From: a virus
Lineage: Duplodnaviria > Caudoviricetes
IMG/VR virus record: IMGVR_UViG_3300010048_000016
Location: 1 to 52,328 of that record
Length of the DNA: 52,328 nt
Strand: one strand, 5' to 3'
This document shows positions 1-7,461 of this stretch, piece by piece (position 1 is the first letter of the stretch; every line of letters begins with the position of its first letter). Below the pieces are notes generated by a model. It searched no databases, was not told the DNA's origin, and was given only the letters and a program-made list of their open reading frames with translations. Both the position numbers and the translations under genes were made by a program.

Positions 1-197
1 TCGGTGACGCGCATTATCTCGGCTGTATCGCTTGTGGCGATCGTTCCAATAGGCCAGCAGGTTGCGTTGAATGGTGGCGTCGGGAACTTCGCGCCATCGC
101 CCAGGCGTACGCGCAGAGAAGTGCCAGAAGCAGGAGGGTTAGGAGCAGTCCCTACGTAGCTGATTCCGAAGTTGACGTGGGCATCGAACTCCGACAT
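1..197 (-). CDS. Putative virion structural protein, N-terminal part (truncated by window edge); paralog of 12903..13517
   Basis: Not in the ORF track. Read manually on the minus strand: MSEFDAHVNFGISYVGTAPNPPASGTSLRVRLGDGAKFPTPPFNATCWPIGTIATSDTAEIMRVT. GGAG RBS upstream. Shares GAKFPTPPFNAT and AEI.RVT with 12903..13517. Confidence 0.8.
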   Translation of the reverse strand, partial: MSEFDAHVNFGISYVGTAPNPPASGTSLRVRLGDGAKFPTPPFNATCWPIGTIATSDTAEIMRVT

Positions 198-206
198 AGC
201 TGCTCC

Positions 207-419
207 TTACTCTGGTGGTGGTGTGGCTAGGCCTCCGCCGATTGGCTGGGAGGCAAACAGGCTAGGCGTGCCAACGCCGAAGCTACGAGTCTGTGTTGCT
301 GGTGCTTGCCCCTGTCCCTGACCGGGTAATGTGGGTGCGGCCAGAACGACTTGCTTTCCGCCCATTGAGCCGGGCTTGATCGTATTGGCGGGTAAACCAA
401 AGCTGCGGACCGAAGGCAT
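207..419 (-). CDS. Hypothetical protein (70 aa, G/P-rich)
   Basis: ATG start. The stop codon is immediately followed by the RBS of the 1..197 gene, suggesting a minus-strand operon. Confidence 0.55.
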   Translation of the reverse strand: MPSVRSFGLPANTIKPGSMGGKQVVLAAPTLPGQGQGQAPATQTRSFGVGTPSLFASQPIGGGLATPPPE

Positions 420-447
420 GGCGGAAGCATAAGCCCCGGAGCGGATC

Positions 448-463
448 GTGCCAACGTTGGCAC
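448..463. promoter_or_regulatory. 16-bp palindrome GTGCCAACGTTGGCAC, copy 1 (between divergent genes)
   Basis: Perfect palindrome. Identical copies at 10143, 22615, 39672 and 45774; one-mismatch copy at 3245. Confidence 0.75.
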
Positions 464-491
464 AAATTGCCCCTGGAGGTACGCTTTGCGT

Positions 492-728
492 ATGGCACTT
501 TCACTCAGCTCCATCCAACGTTTTCCGGCTTCGGTGCCCGCAAACACCGACAACATCACCGCAGTTCCAACCGGCGAGCACGGCGATACCGAAGGGAATA
601 TCCGGCCACCCACATCGCCCACCTCAGCTGAGGTTGCTGCTCTCCCCAAGGCTCAACCAACCGCGACGCAGAATCTCGGAGCGCCCGACGCGCAGGGGAT
701 GCCGCCTACCGGGATCGGCAATGGCTAG
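492..728 (+). CDS. Hypothetical protein
   Basis: ATG at 492 preceded by GGAGGT; overlaps the next ATG at 721. Confidence 0.55.
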   Translation: MALSLSSIQRFPASVPANTDNITAVPTGEHGDTEGNIRPPTSPTSAEVAALPKAQPTATQNLGAPDAQGMPPTGIGNG

Positions 729-891
729 TCGAGGCAAGTCAACGAGGGTCAAGGTCTGGCCGTTACCCAACGGTGTCAAGCGGCCTAACGAGAACAGTCA
801 GCCGCCATCGCGCGGGCTTCAGGTTGTGCTGGCCGTACCGGCACAGGGGTCGGGCAAGGGTGGCGGCCAGAAGGATTCGCACGCGGCCTAG
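721..891 (+). CDS. Small basic hypothetical protein
   Basis: ATG at 721 coupled to the upstream stop; MASRGKSTRVKVWPLPNG... Confidence 0.45.
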   Translation: MASRGKSTRVKVWPLPNGVKRPNENSQPPSRGLQVVLAVPAQGSGKGGGQKDSHAA

Positions 892-893
892 TT

Positions 894-916
894 CTGTCCG
901 ATCCCCCCGTTATGGT
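894..916 (+). promoter_or_regulatory. Putative phage promoter motif CTGTCCG.TCCC-N5-TATGGT (copy 1)
   Basis: 17/23 identity with 43426..43448 at identical spacing; both are intergenic and upstream of a gene; TANNNT-type -10. Confidence 0.4.
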
Positions 917-943
917 CTAGAGAACCGTGGAAAGGGGAAGCTG

Positions 944-1192
944 ATGGCAGATCGAATCCGTGTTTGCGGAATGGATACAAATGTCGTATTGCCGGAAAAC
1001 TGGATGCCCGTCGAAGGGGTCGCAATCCTCAAGTGTCTCGATGCCCAGGGAGATCCGCGTCTGCTGCTAGTTGCTACGCAGACCCTTTCCCAGTGGGAGG
1101 CCGTAGGCATGTTGACGGCAGCGCTTGACGAGATACGAGACAGCATGCAGAAGACCTTTGTGCCACCCGATCAAGTAGACGAGGATGGCTAG
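944..1192 (+). CDS. Hypothetical phage protein
   Basis: ATG at 944 after AAAGGGG; globular-looking sequence (..SQWEAVGML..) reminiscent of small actinophage proteins. Confidence 0.7.
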   Translation: MADRIRVCGMDTNVVLPENWMPVEGVAILKCLDAQGDPRLLLVATQTLSQWEAVGMLTAALDEIRDSMQKTFVPPDQVDEDG

Positions 1193-1352
1193 CCTGGTTC
1201 TGCGCCAGGAAGTGCGCAACGAGGCAGAGGAAGCGGGTCTCGAGGCGGCTTTCAAGGCCAACGATGAGCGGGAGATCTCCTATCACGCAGAGGAACTCGT
1301 GCTGGCAGCGATCAGAGCGGCGCTGCATGTGATCGAGGCACGTCTGGGATGA
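1185..1352 (+). CDS. Small hypothetical protein (55 aa)
   Basis: Read manually: MASLVLRQEVRNEAEEAGLEAAFKAND...; overlaps both neighbours as in translational coupling. Confidence 0.5.
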   Translation: MASLVLRQEVRNEAEEAGLEAAFKANDEREISYHAEELVLAAIRAALHVIEARLG

Positions 1353-1570
1353 CTCAGCCAAAACGCAAGCCACCAGTGCCGACAGCGCCACCTGTACCAT
1401 CTCATCCGATTGCCAGAGATCACAAGCGGCTCGCTTACGTCTGTTACAAGTGCGAAATTCCGCAGAGGGTGTTTGTCACCGATCCAAGTAAACCCCCGCC
1501 ACGGTGTGGAACACATGGAGCAATGGTTAGGCAAGGCAATCGTCCCTACTTCGGAAAGCCCACAGACTAG
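1349..1570 (+). CDS. Small zinc-ribbon protein
   Basis: ATGA overlap; CYKC ... CGTH metal-ligand pattern. Confidence 0.55.
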   Translation: MTQPKRKPPVPTAPPVPSHPIARDHKRLAYVCYKCEIPQRVFVTDPSKPPPRCGTHGAMVRQGNRPYFGKPTD

Positions 1571-2000
1571 ACCAGGCGTCTGTCCTAGTTGTGCGGGACC
1601 GACTCCCCTAGGTAAGAACGGCAAGCCACTGAAGTGGTGCTCGGATGAGTGTCGACGAGCTTTCTATGCTCAGCCATGTCCAAGCTGCGGCAAGCCGATG
1701 AGCGGCTCTGATGGGCATGGGCCCAATGCTCCGAAGCTGTGCCTGTCCTGCAACGGTGAGAGGTCGGGAGAGCTCGAGCGCCAGCGCTGGGCCGACTACA
1801 GCCAAGAGCGTGACAAAGCGATCATTCATCTGATGAGCTTGAACTGGACCAACCGAGAGATTGGTGAGGCGATGGGTTACACGGTGGCAAGCGTTGGACA
1901 GCTCATCGTCAGATTGCGCAGAAGGGGCGTTGCACTGCCTGAGCGTGTCAGAACTAAACCCGGCCAAAATGGAACACTTTCTAATTTTGGCCAGGTTTGA
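1515..2000 (+). CDS. Zinc-finger + C-terminal helix-turn-helix protein (putative transcription regulator)
   Basis: Four Cys pairs (CPSC, CSDEC, CPSC, CLSC) followed by an HTH-like segment WTNREIGEAMGYTVASVGQLIVRLRRRG. Start uncertain. Confidence 0.7.
   Translation: MEQWLGKAIVPTSESPQTRPGVCPSCAGPTPLGKNGKPLKWCSDECRRAFYAQPCPSCGKPMSGSDGHGPNAPKLCLSCNGERSGELERQRWADYSQERDKAIIHLMSLNWTNREIGEAMGYTVASVGQLIVRLRRRGVALPERVRTKPGQNGTLSNFGQV
1956..1998. repeat. 43-bp inverted-repeat site, copy 1
   Basis: AAACCCGGCCAAAAT-GGAACACTTTCTA-ATTTTGGCCAGGTTT; near-identical copy at 47496..47538. Confidence 0.85.
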
Positions 2001-2071
2001 GCGTATGAGACTCATAGTCATCATCTACGATCGTAGAAAGTCCCAAAGTGCGGGATGGGCCCGAGCAGCTC

Positions 2072-2115
2072 TGGACACCCTTTTTGCATTCAGGTAGAAT
2101 GATTTTATACCTGAA
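2072..2115 (+). promoter_or_regulatory. Sigma70-like promoter overlapped by an inverted repeat (operator-like)
   Basis: TGGACA(2072)-N17-TAGAAT(2095); TTCAGGTA(2089)...TACCTGAA(2108) inverted repeat; GGAGG RBS follows. Confidence 0.6.
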
Positions 2116-2127
2116 CTAATCGGAGGT

Positions 2128-2913
2128 GTGCCGATGGGTGACAGCACAGCGATTGCGTGGACGGATAAGACGTGGAACCCGTGGATGGGTTGCTTCAAGG
2201 TCTCACAGGGATGTACGCATTGCTATGCAGATACATTGACTTCGAACAAGATGGGCTTGGACGTTTTCGGGCATGACACGGCCAAGCGTAAGCGGACCGG
2301 ACAGAGTGTCTGGAACAGGCCCTACCGCTGGCACCGTGAGGCCATCATTGCTGGACAGCCCTCCCGTGTCTTCACCATGAGCCTGGGGGACTTCTTCGAG
2401 GATGCGCCGCAGCTGAACCAGTGGCGGGAGGAAGCCTGGGGGATCATCGAAGCCTGCTACTGGCTTGATTTCCAGATTCTGACCAAGCGGCCCGAGAACA
2501 TCCAGCGGATGCTTCCCGATACCTGGGACCAGCATCGCTCCGGCTATCCCTACTGGCCTAATGTATGGCTGGGAACCTCGATCGAAGATAATCGGGTAGC
2601 CGAGCGGTCGCCAATCCTGACCGGGGTTCCCGCTCACATCCACTTCATCAGCTACGAGCCCGCCATCGGTCCCGGTGATGAGATCGAGCTCGAGGGTGTC
2701 GAGTGGATGATCGTGGGCGGAGAGTCCGGTAGGGGCTATCGCCATATGGATCTGGACTGGGCTCGTGATATGCAGAGGCGCTGCAGGGCTGAGGCCGTGC
2801 ACTTCTTCTTCAAGCAGGACAGTGCATACCGGACCGAGATGCGCCCGGATGCTTTAGGACAGATTTATCGTGACTATCCCTGGAGCTGGGATCGAAAGGT
2901 GCTGGTGTTCTGA
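2128..2913 (+). CDS. DUF5131 / phage Gp37-Gp68 family protein (radical-SAM-like three-Cys motif)
   Basis: Characteristic motifs TAIAWTDKTWNPWMGCFKVSQGCTHCYA, FQILTKRPEN, NVWLGTSIE, ISYEP, WMIVGGESG, FFFKQ. Confidence 0.93.
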   Translation: MPMGDSTAIAWTDKTWNPWMGCFKVSQGCTHCYADTLTSNKMGLDVFGHDTAKRKRTGQSVWNRPYRWHREAIIAGQPSRVFTMSLGDFFEDAPQLNQWREEAWGIIEACYWLDFQILTKRPENIQRMLPDTWDQHRSGYPYWPNVWLGTSIEDNRVAERSPILTGVPAHIHFISYEPAIGPGDEIELEGVEWMIVGGESGRGYRHMDLDWARDMQRRCRAEAVHFFFKQDSAYRTEMRPDALGQIYRDYPWSWDRKVLVF

Positions 2914-3062
2914 TGGCTGAGCCCGCCTCAACCTGGAGCATTCGTCCATGCGAAGGTTGTGGTGCGGGCGTCAAATGCGCACCCGGCTATCCGGTAGACG
3001 TTCGGGTCTACTGCTGGCCGTGTATCCGCGAGCTACCTCCGCACCCTAAAGGCAAAGGCTGA
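2913..3062 (+). CDS. Small zinc-finger protein (49 aa)
   Basis: TGATG overlap; CEGC ... CWPC. Confidence 0.55.
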   Translation: MAEPASTWSIRPCEGCGAGVKCAPGYPVDVRVYCWPCIRELPPHPKGKG

Positions 3063-3064
3063 TT

Positions 3065-3289
3065 ATGACTCCTGAAGAAGAGCTAGCTGTGATGGTGCCT
3101 GGCTTTGAGTACAAGGGCGTTCCGTTCTCGCTACCCAAGCCAGTCGTGGACTACATCCACGAGCTCAAGGAGGATCGGGCTCGAGCGCTTCGGTCCGTAG
3201 ATGGACTTCATGCGCAGTTAGTTGCTCAACTAACTGCTAAGGAGGTGCCAACATTGGCACAAGACTCCCCCTGGCAGTGCTGGTCGTGA
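3065..3289 (+). CDS. Hypothetical protein
   Basis: ATG after the upstream stop; its 3' end runs into the palindrome and the start of the repeat array. Confidence 0.6.
   Translation: MTPEEELAVMVPGFEYKGVPFSLPKPVVDYIHELKEDRARALRSVDGLHAQLVAQLTAKEVPTLAQDSPWQCWS
3245..3260. promoter_or_regulatory. 16-bp palindrome, one-mismatch copy (GTGCCAACATTGGCAC), immediately upstream of the GGY array
   Basis: 15/16 match to GTGCCAACGTTGGCAC. Confidence 0.6.
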
Positions 3290-3693
3290 CAGGGCAAGGC
3301 ACGATGCGGTAGTGGGGCTCGGCTTGGTCCGGTTCCCCAAGGCACGGCATGTTGTGCTGGGCTTGGTTCGCGTGACGTGGTACGGGCGGTAAGGCTCAGG
3401 TTCGGTTCGTTCGGGCTTGGCGAGGCTCCCCGGGGCAAGGCAATGCATGTCATGGCTTGGCGAGGTAGTTCGCGTTAAGGTGAGGCTCCCTCCGGTTCCG
3501 TATGGTCCGGCAAGATCCGGTTCGGCAGGATGAGGGCTCGGTTGGGTGTGATAAGGCTCCCCAAGGCTCGGTGAGGTACGGTGCGTTCCGGTGCCGTGTG
3601 GTCGGGTGCGGAGCGGCAGGGCAAGGCAAGGCTCCCCATGTCCTGGCTGGTCTTGGAATGGGTCAGGTAGGCCACGGTAAGGTTTGGCTCGAC
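3262..3693 (+). repeat. Structured non-coding NN-GGY pentamer array, ~6 units delimited by (AG)GCTCCCC; candidate non-contiguous guide-RNA (VIPR-like) array
   Basis: Example 3563-3637: aa-ggc tc-ggt ga-ggt ac-ggt gc-gtt cc-ggt gc-cgt gt-ggt cg-ggt gc-gga gc-ggc ag-ggc aa-ggc aa-ggc TCCCC. Delimiters at ~3262, 3331, 3423, 3483, 3554 and 3629. The 5-nt period is out of register with codons. Confidence 0.85.
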
Positions 3694-3694
3694 T

Positions 3695-4432
3695 ATGCCT
3701 ACCAACGCACAGCGCCAGCACGTACTGCTGTTCCGCAAGGAGCTCCAGCGCAAGCGAATGCTGCGCTGGGCTCTCCCAGGGCCGATCTACGTGCCCTTCA
3801 TCGGGGACGGTGATCTGGCGGTCAAGCTCTATACGGATCGTCAGATCTACGGCGCTGACCTCGACCCACAGCGGGTGGCTACAGCCCAATCACGTCTCAA
3901 AGGCGACATCCGTGAGGGGGATTGCGACACCTGGCTTTTTGGCGATGTTAAGACCAAGTTCGCAGCTGCTGACTTCGATGCCTACGATCACCCCTACCCG
4001 GCGTTCGAGGCTTTCTGGGAGAACGCACAGAAGCTAGACCGGTTGGTGATGTTCTTCACCGATGGCCACCGCCAGGCGATCCTGCGGCTCGGCATCCACG
4101 TATGGCCGGACGGTCATACCACCTATCCGGCGAACATGTACGAGAAGCAAGCGCCGAACTATTTCTACCTGAGCCGCTACGTGTGGCCGTGGTTTGAGGA
4201 CTACATCGGCAACCGCTGGCGGGTGCTCGAGCGAATGCGCTATACCCGCCAGACGATCACCTACTGGGCCTGTGCAGTCGAGAAGCTCAAGACTCCTGCC
4301 AAACCCAGATTGCGCCCCGACGTGCCTTATCGAGGATCGCCAAAGATGGTACCCAAGGGAGCCAAGCGCCGCGTAGCTGTTTCAGCCACCGAGCGCAAAG
4401 CCAGGGCCAGACGTGAGAAGAATGAGGCCTAA
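3695..4432 (+). CDS. Putative SAM-dependent methyltransferase-like protein
   Basis: Rossmann-like motifs YVPFIGDGDL (motif I), YGADLD, EGDCD, AADFDAYDHPY (DxDxYxxP). DUF5131 genes are commonly partnered with methyltransferase-like genes. Confidence 0.6.
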   Translation: MPTNAQRQHVLLFRKELQRKRMLRWALPGPIYVPFIGDGDLAVKLYTDRQIYGADLDPQRVATAQSRLKGDIREGDCDTWLFGDVKTKFAAADFDAYDHPYPAFEAFWENAQKLDRLVMFFTDGHRQAILRLGIHVWPDGHTTYPANMYEKQAPNYFYLSRYVWPWFEDYIGNRWRVLERMRYTRQTITYWACAVEKLKTPAKPRLRPDVPYRGSPKMVPKGAKRRVAVSATERKARARREKNEA

Positions 4433-5006
4433 GGTTCCCTATCTCGAAGGCATGCTTGCGCCCGAGACGTTGCTGTGGGCGCTGGCCAATAACGCCGAGC
4501 TCTGTGCGCTGCCTCCTGGTGACGAGAGCTATTACTGGACCTTCCGTAAATGGTGGCTTGACTCAGAGCCTGGCGATCTGGTGATCGTGGAGCAGGACAT
4601 CGTGCCGCCACCTGACATTCTCTTTTCTTTCGCGGGCTGCCCGGCGCACTGGTGCGTCTGTTCGTATGACCTGCATCCCACCACCGAGAACGGCAAGGAC
4701 TACTCGCAGGCAATTCCGTTCGGCTGGGGCCTGGGCTGCACGCGCTTTTCGGGTGGATTGCGCCGAGGCTATCCCGAGCTTGCTGATAGAGCTGGTGAGC
4801 CACTGGTCTTTGGACCAGAGCCCGATCCCGACCCGCCTCGTGCCTGGTGGGTGATGGACATGCGATTGACCATGCACGTCAACCGGCTGGGCTATCTGCC
4901 CCACGATCATGGCCAGGCTCAGCATGTATCCTGTGCCGGTGGCCACCGAGACACTCAAGGGCTTCGGGCCCACGATTCAGCAGATCTACCTCGAGCACAT
5001 CCGTAA
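4422..5006 (+). CDS. Glycosyltransferase-like (GT-A fold) protein
   Basis: LVIVEQDIVP (DxD-like) and GLGCTRFS, matching the GMGCTLIH motif of 20763..21548. Confidence 0.6.
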   Translation: MRPKVPYLEGMLAPETLLWALANNAELCALPPGDESYYWTFRKWWLDSEPGDLVIVEQDIVPPPDILFSFAGCPAHWCVCSYDLHPTTENGKDYSQAIPFGWGLGCTRFSGGLRRGYPELADRAGEPLVFGPEPDPDPPRAWWVMDMRLTMHVNRLGYLPHDHGQAQHVSCAGGHRDTQGLRAHDSADLPRAHP

Positions 5007-5334
5007 CGGGATGCAACGCGGTGCAGCGGCCGAGGCGCTGGGGCTGAGCCGCCGTAAGGTCAGAGAGTGGATTCTCACCCATCCCGCCTTCGAGGCCTCC
5101 GTACAGGACGCGGAGACCGATGCGATTGAGCATGTCCAGGAGGCGCTCTACCAGGCTGCGATCAACGGATCGGTGTCCGCTGCCAGGACCTGGCTCGAAA
5201 TCAAGGGCGCTGTGGCCGGGCCCGACCGCCAGACAGGCCCTGTGAGGCCACCTGCGGCTCCTGGAGGCGATCCCTTCGCCGACTTGGACAATGTCTCGCC
5301 CCTGGACCACGCGAGGGCTAAGAAGCGCTTCTAG
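4909..5334 (+). CDS. Terminase small subunit-like HTH protein
   Basis: HTH (RGAAAEALGLSRRKVREW), ALYQAAINGSVSAARTWL; directly upstream of the large terminase. Confidence 0.7.
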   Translation: MARLSMYPVPVATETLKGFGPTIQQIYLEHIRNGMQRGAAAEALGLSRRKVREWILTHPAFEASVQDAETDAIEHVQEALYQAAINGSVSAARTWLEIKGAVAGPDRQTGPVRPPAAPGGDPFADLDNVSPLDHARAKKRF

Positions 5335-5360
5335 CTTCCCAGCGGGTCTAGAGTTCTGGC

Positions 5361-6809
5361 ATGGTCGTAGCCACCAGAGCGGACCCTTTCACCCTCGATC
5401 ACTTCGTCTCTTACGGTTCGCGCCTGGTGCTCGACACGGGTGAGCACTGGGAACCTGAAGACTTCCAGCTCGAGATAGTCGACCCAATCCTGCGGGGGAT
5501 CCGAGAGGTGTGGGTCCTCCTTCCTCAAGGGAATGCCAAGACCACCTTGATGGCGATCATGGCTCTCTACCACGCTGACTACACACCCAGTCCCTGGGTG
5601 CCTATCGGTGCGTCCTCACGCGACCAGGCCGAGATCATGTTCATGCAGGCTGCGGAGATCGTGCGTGCTAGTCCAGGCATGCTCAAGCGCTTTCGGGTTT
5701 ACGAGGGCTACCGCAAGATCGTTTCGCTGCGCAACGGTGGTCGAGGGATCAGGGTATATGCTGCTGATGCAAGCACGGGTGACGGTGTCATCCCCACGCT
5801 CGCCCTCCTAGACGAGGGTCACCGTCACCCGGACCTCTCGCTCTACCGGCTGTGGAAGGGCAAGCTCAACAAGCGCCGAGGTCAGATTGTGATGATCTCG
5901 ACGGCTGGCGAACCAGGCTCTGAGTTCGAAGAAACCCGAGACCTGATTCGCTCCAAAGTCGAGAAGAAACTCACCGAGGGCGCGCACATCATCTCCGAGG
6001 GTCGCAACATCACCATGCATGAGTGGCAGGTGCGCGACCCTCGCTTCATTGACCAGATGGACGAGGTCAAGGAAGCCAACCCATTGTCGATCATCACTGA
6101 GGACACACTGCGCGATGAGTTCGAATCACCAACGACCGATCTTGGCGACTGGAAGCGTCTTGTCTGCAACATTCCTTCACGTACCAACCGCGCCGCGATC
6201 ACCGATGCTGAGTGGGAAGACGCCAAAGAGGCCCGTCAGCTACCGGGCGGCGAACACATCGATGTGGGTGTGGACGTTGCCTGGAAGCACGATACCTTCG
6301 CGATTGCCCCGCTCTGGCGTGGACCTGAGTATCGACTACTAGGAGCTCCGCAAATCCTGGTGCCACCGCGTGACGGGTCGACCATGCATCCTGACGAGGT
6401 CAAGCAGGCCTTCTACGAAATGCATGCAGAGAACACGATCGATGCAGCTGTGATGGATATGGAGCGCGCGGAAGACATTGCCGCCTGGCTTGAGGATGAG
6501 CTGGACATCATGGTGATCGACCGGCCTCAGGGCAACGCCAACGCGATCGAGGACTACGACGCTTTCATGCAGGCTCTGCGAAACGGTACCCTCAAGCACA
6601 CGGGCGACCGAGGTCTGCGCAACCACGTGATGAATGCCATCGTCAGATCGATGCCAGCCGACAAGAAGCGGTTTGACCGCCCATCCCAGTCTCGAGCCAA
6701 GAAGCGCCAGAACGTTCGGGTCATCGATGCGCTTACAGCAGCTGCGATGGTCAACCACTACGCAGCCAGCTCTGCTGGCATGGGTGAGCCGCTGGTGGCC
6801 TGGAGATAG
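5361..6809 (+). CDS. terL: Terminase large subunit
   Basis: Walker A PQGNAKTT, ASSRDQA, Walker B LALLDEGH, coupling motif ISTAG, nuclease GVDVAWKHD and VIDALTA. Confidence 0.95.
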   Translation: MVVATRADPFTLDHFVSYGSRLVLDTGEHWEPEDFQLEIVDPILRGIREVWVLLPQGNAKTTLMAIMALYHADYTPSPWVPIGASSRDQAEIMFMQAAEIVRASPGMLKRFRVYEGYRKIVSLRNGGRGIRVYAADASTGDGVIPTLALLDEGHRHPDLSLYRLWKGKLNKRRGQIVMISTAGEPGSEFEETRDLIRSKVEKKLTEGAHIISEGRNITMHEWQVRDPRFIDQMDEVKEANPLSIITEDTLRDEFESPTTDLGDWKRLVCNIPSRTNRAAITDAEWEDAKEARQLPGGEHIDVGVDVAWKHDTFAIAPLWRGPEYRLLGAPQILVPPRDGSTMHPDEVKQAFYEMHAENTIDAAVMDMERAEDIAAWLEDELDIMVIDRPQGNANAIEDYDAFMQALRNGTLKHTGDRGLRNHVMNAIVRSMPADKKRFDRPSQSRAKKRQNVRVIDALTAAAMVNHYAASSAGMGEPLVAWR

Positions 6810-6810
6810 C

Positions 6811-6993
6811 GTGCCTGTCTCTCGCTACTACAAGGGCCACGGTCGTAAGGTCATGCGGTCGATGAAGAGCCGCTATGGCTCAAAGCAGGGCAGGAGCGTT
6901 TTCTACGCCACCGTCAACAAGTGGCGCACTCACGGAACGAAGGCCCAGAAGGCCGCTCAACCCAAGCGAGCACCTGGAGCCAAGAGGAGGTAG
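6811..6993 (+). CDS. Small basic protein
   Basis: GTG at 6811 after GGAG; MPVSRYYKGHGRKVMRSMKSRYGSKQGRSVFYATVNK. Confidence 0.6.
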   Translation: MPVSRYYKGHGRKVMRSMKSRYGSKQGRSVFYATVNKWRTHGTKAQKAAQPKRAPGAKRR

Positions 6994-6995
6994 TC

Positions 6996-7214
6996 GTGGC
7001 CAGAGGCAGAAGGGGCTCAAGGCCGATCAAACCCCTGAACCCGGCGAACAAAGGAAAGTTGCGCAAAGCCGCAGGCAAAGGTAAGAAGGGTAAGAAGCTG
7101 ACCGTGGCAGAGCTCAACCGGCTCAAGCGCTCACCCAACCCGCTAACGAGGAAGCGAGCTACGTTCGCGCTAAATGCACGAAAGTGGAGTAACAAGCCAC
7201 GTAAGAGCCGATGA
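6996..7214 (+). CDS. Small highly basic protein
   Basis: GTG at 6996 after GAGGAGG; K/R-rich with NPANKGKL...KRATFALNARKW. Confidence 0.7.
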   Translation: MARGRRGSRPIKPLNPANKGKLRKAAGKGKKGKKLTVAELNRLKRSPNPLTRKRATFALNARKWSNKPRKSR

Positions 7215-7441
7215 AGCGCGTTGCGATCGTTATCACGCTGTTCATCGTAGGGTTAGGGCTGTTCGTGACCGGGGTCTGGTTTATCTTCTGGCCTGCAGCG
7301 CTGTGCGTTGCCGGGGTCGGCATTCTGTTCGGAGCTGCAACGATCGATATTCCAGATCGCTTGCCTGGAGGCGAGGCAGTCAATATTGTTGATGAAACCT
7401 CGGAGGAGCCGATAGCCACCATCGCCAGAGTGCGTGGGTAG
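7211..7441 (+). CDS. Small membrane protein
   Basis: Two hydrophobic segments; located directly upstream of the portal. Confidence 0.7.
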   Translation: MKRVAIVITLFIVGLGLFVTGVWFIFWPAALCVAGVGILFGAATIDIPDRLPGGEAVNIVDETSEEPIATIARVRG

Positions 7442-7461
7442 CGCCGGAAGATCGATAGCCA

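Noticed and set aside
3262-3693. Canonical CRISPR array
   Set aside because: No 23-47 bp identical direct repeats with unique spacers; the delimiter is only ~9 nt and the interior is itself periodic.
3230-3889. ORFs overlapping the GGY array (3230..3889 -, 3226..3453 -, 3475..3753 -, 3502..3813 +)
   Set aside because: Low-complexity translations produced by a 5-nt periodic, stop-poor repeat; no RBS; they conflict with flanking genes.
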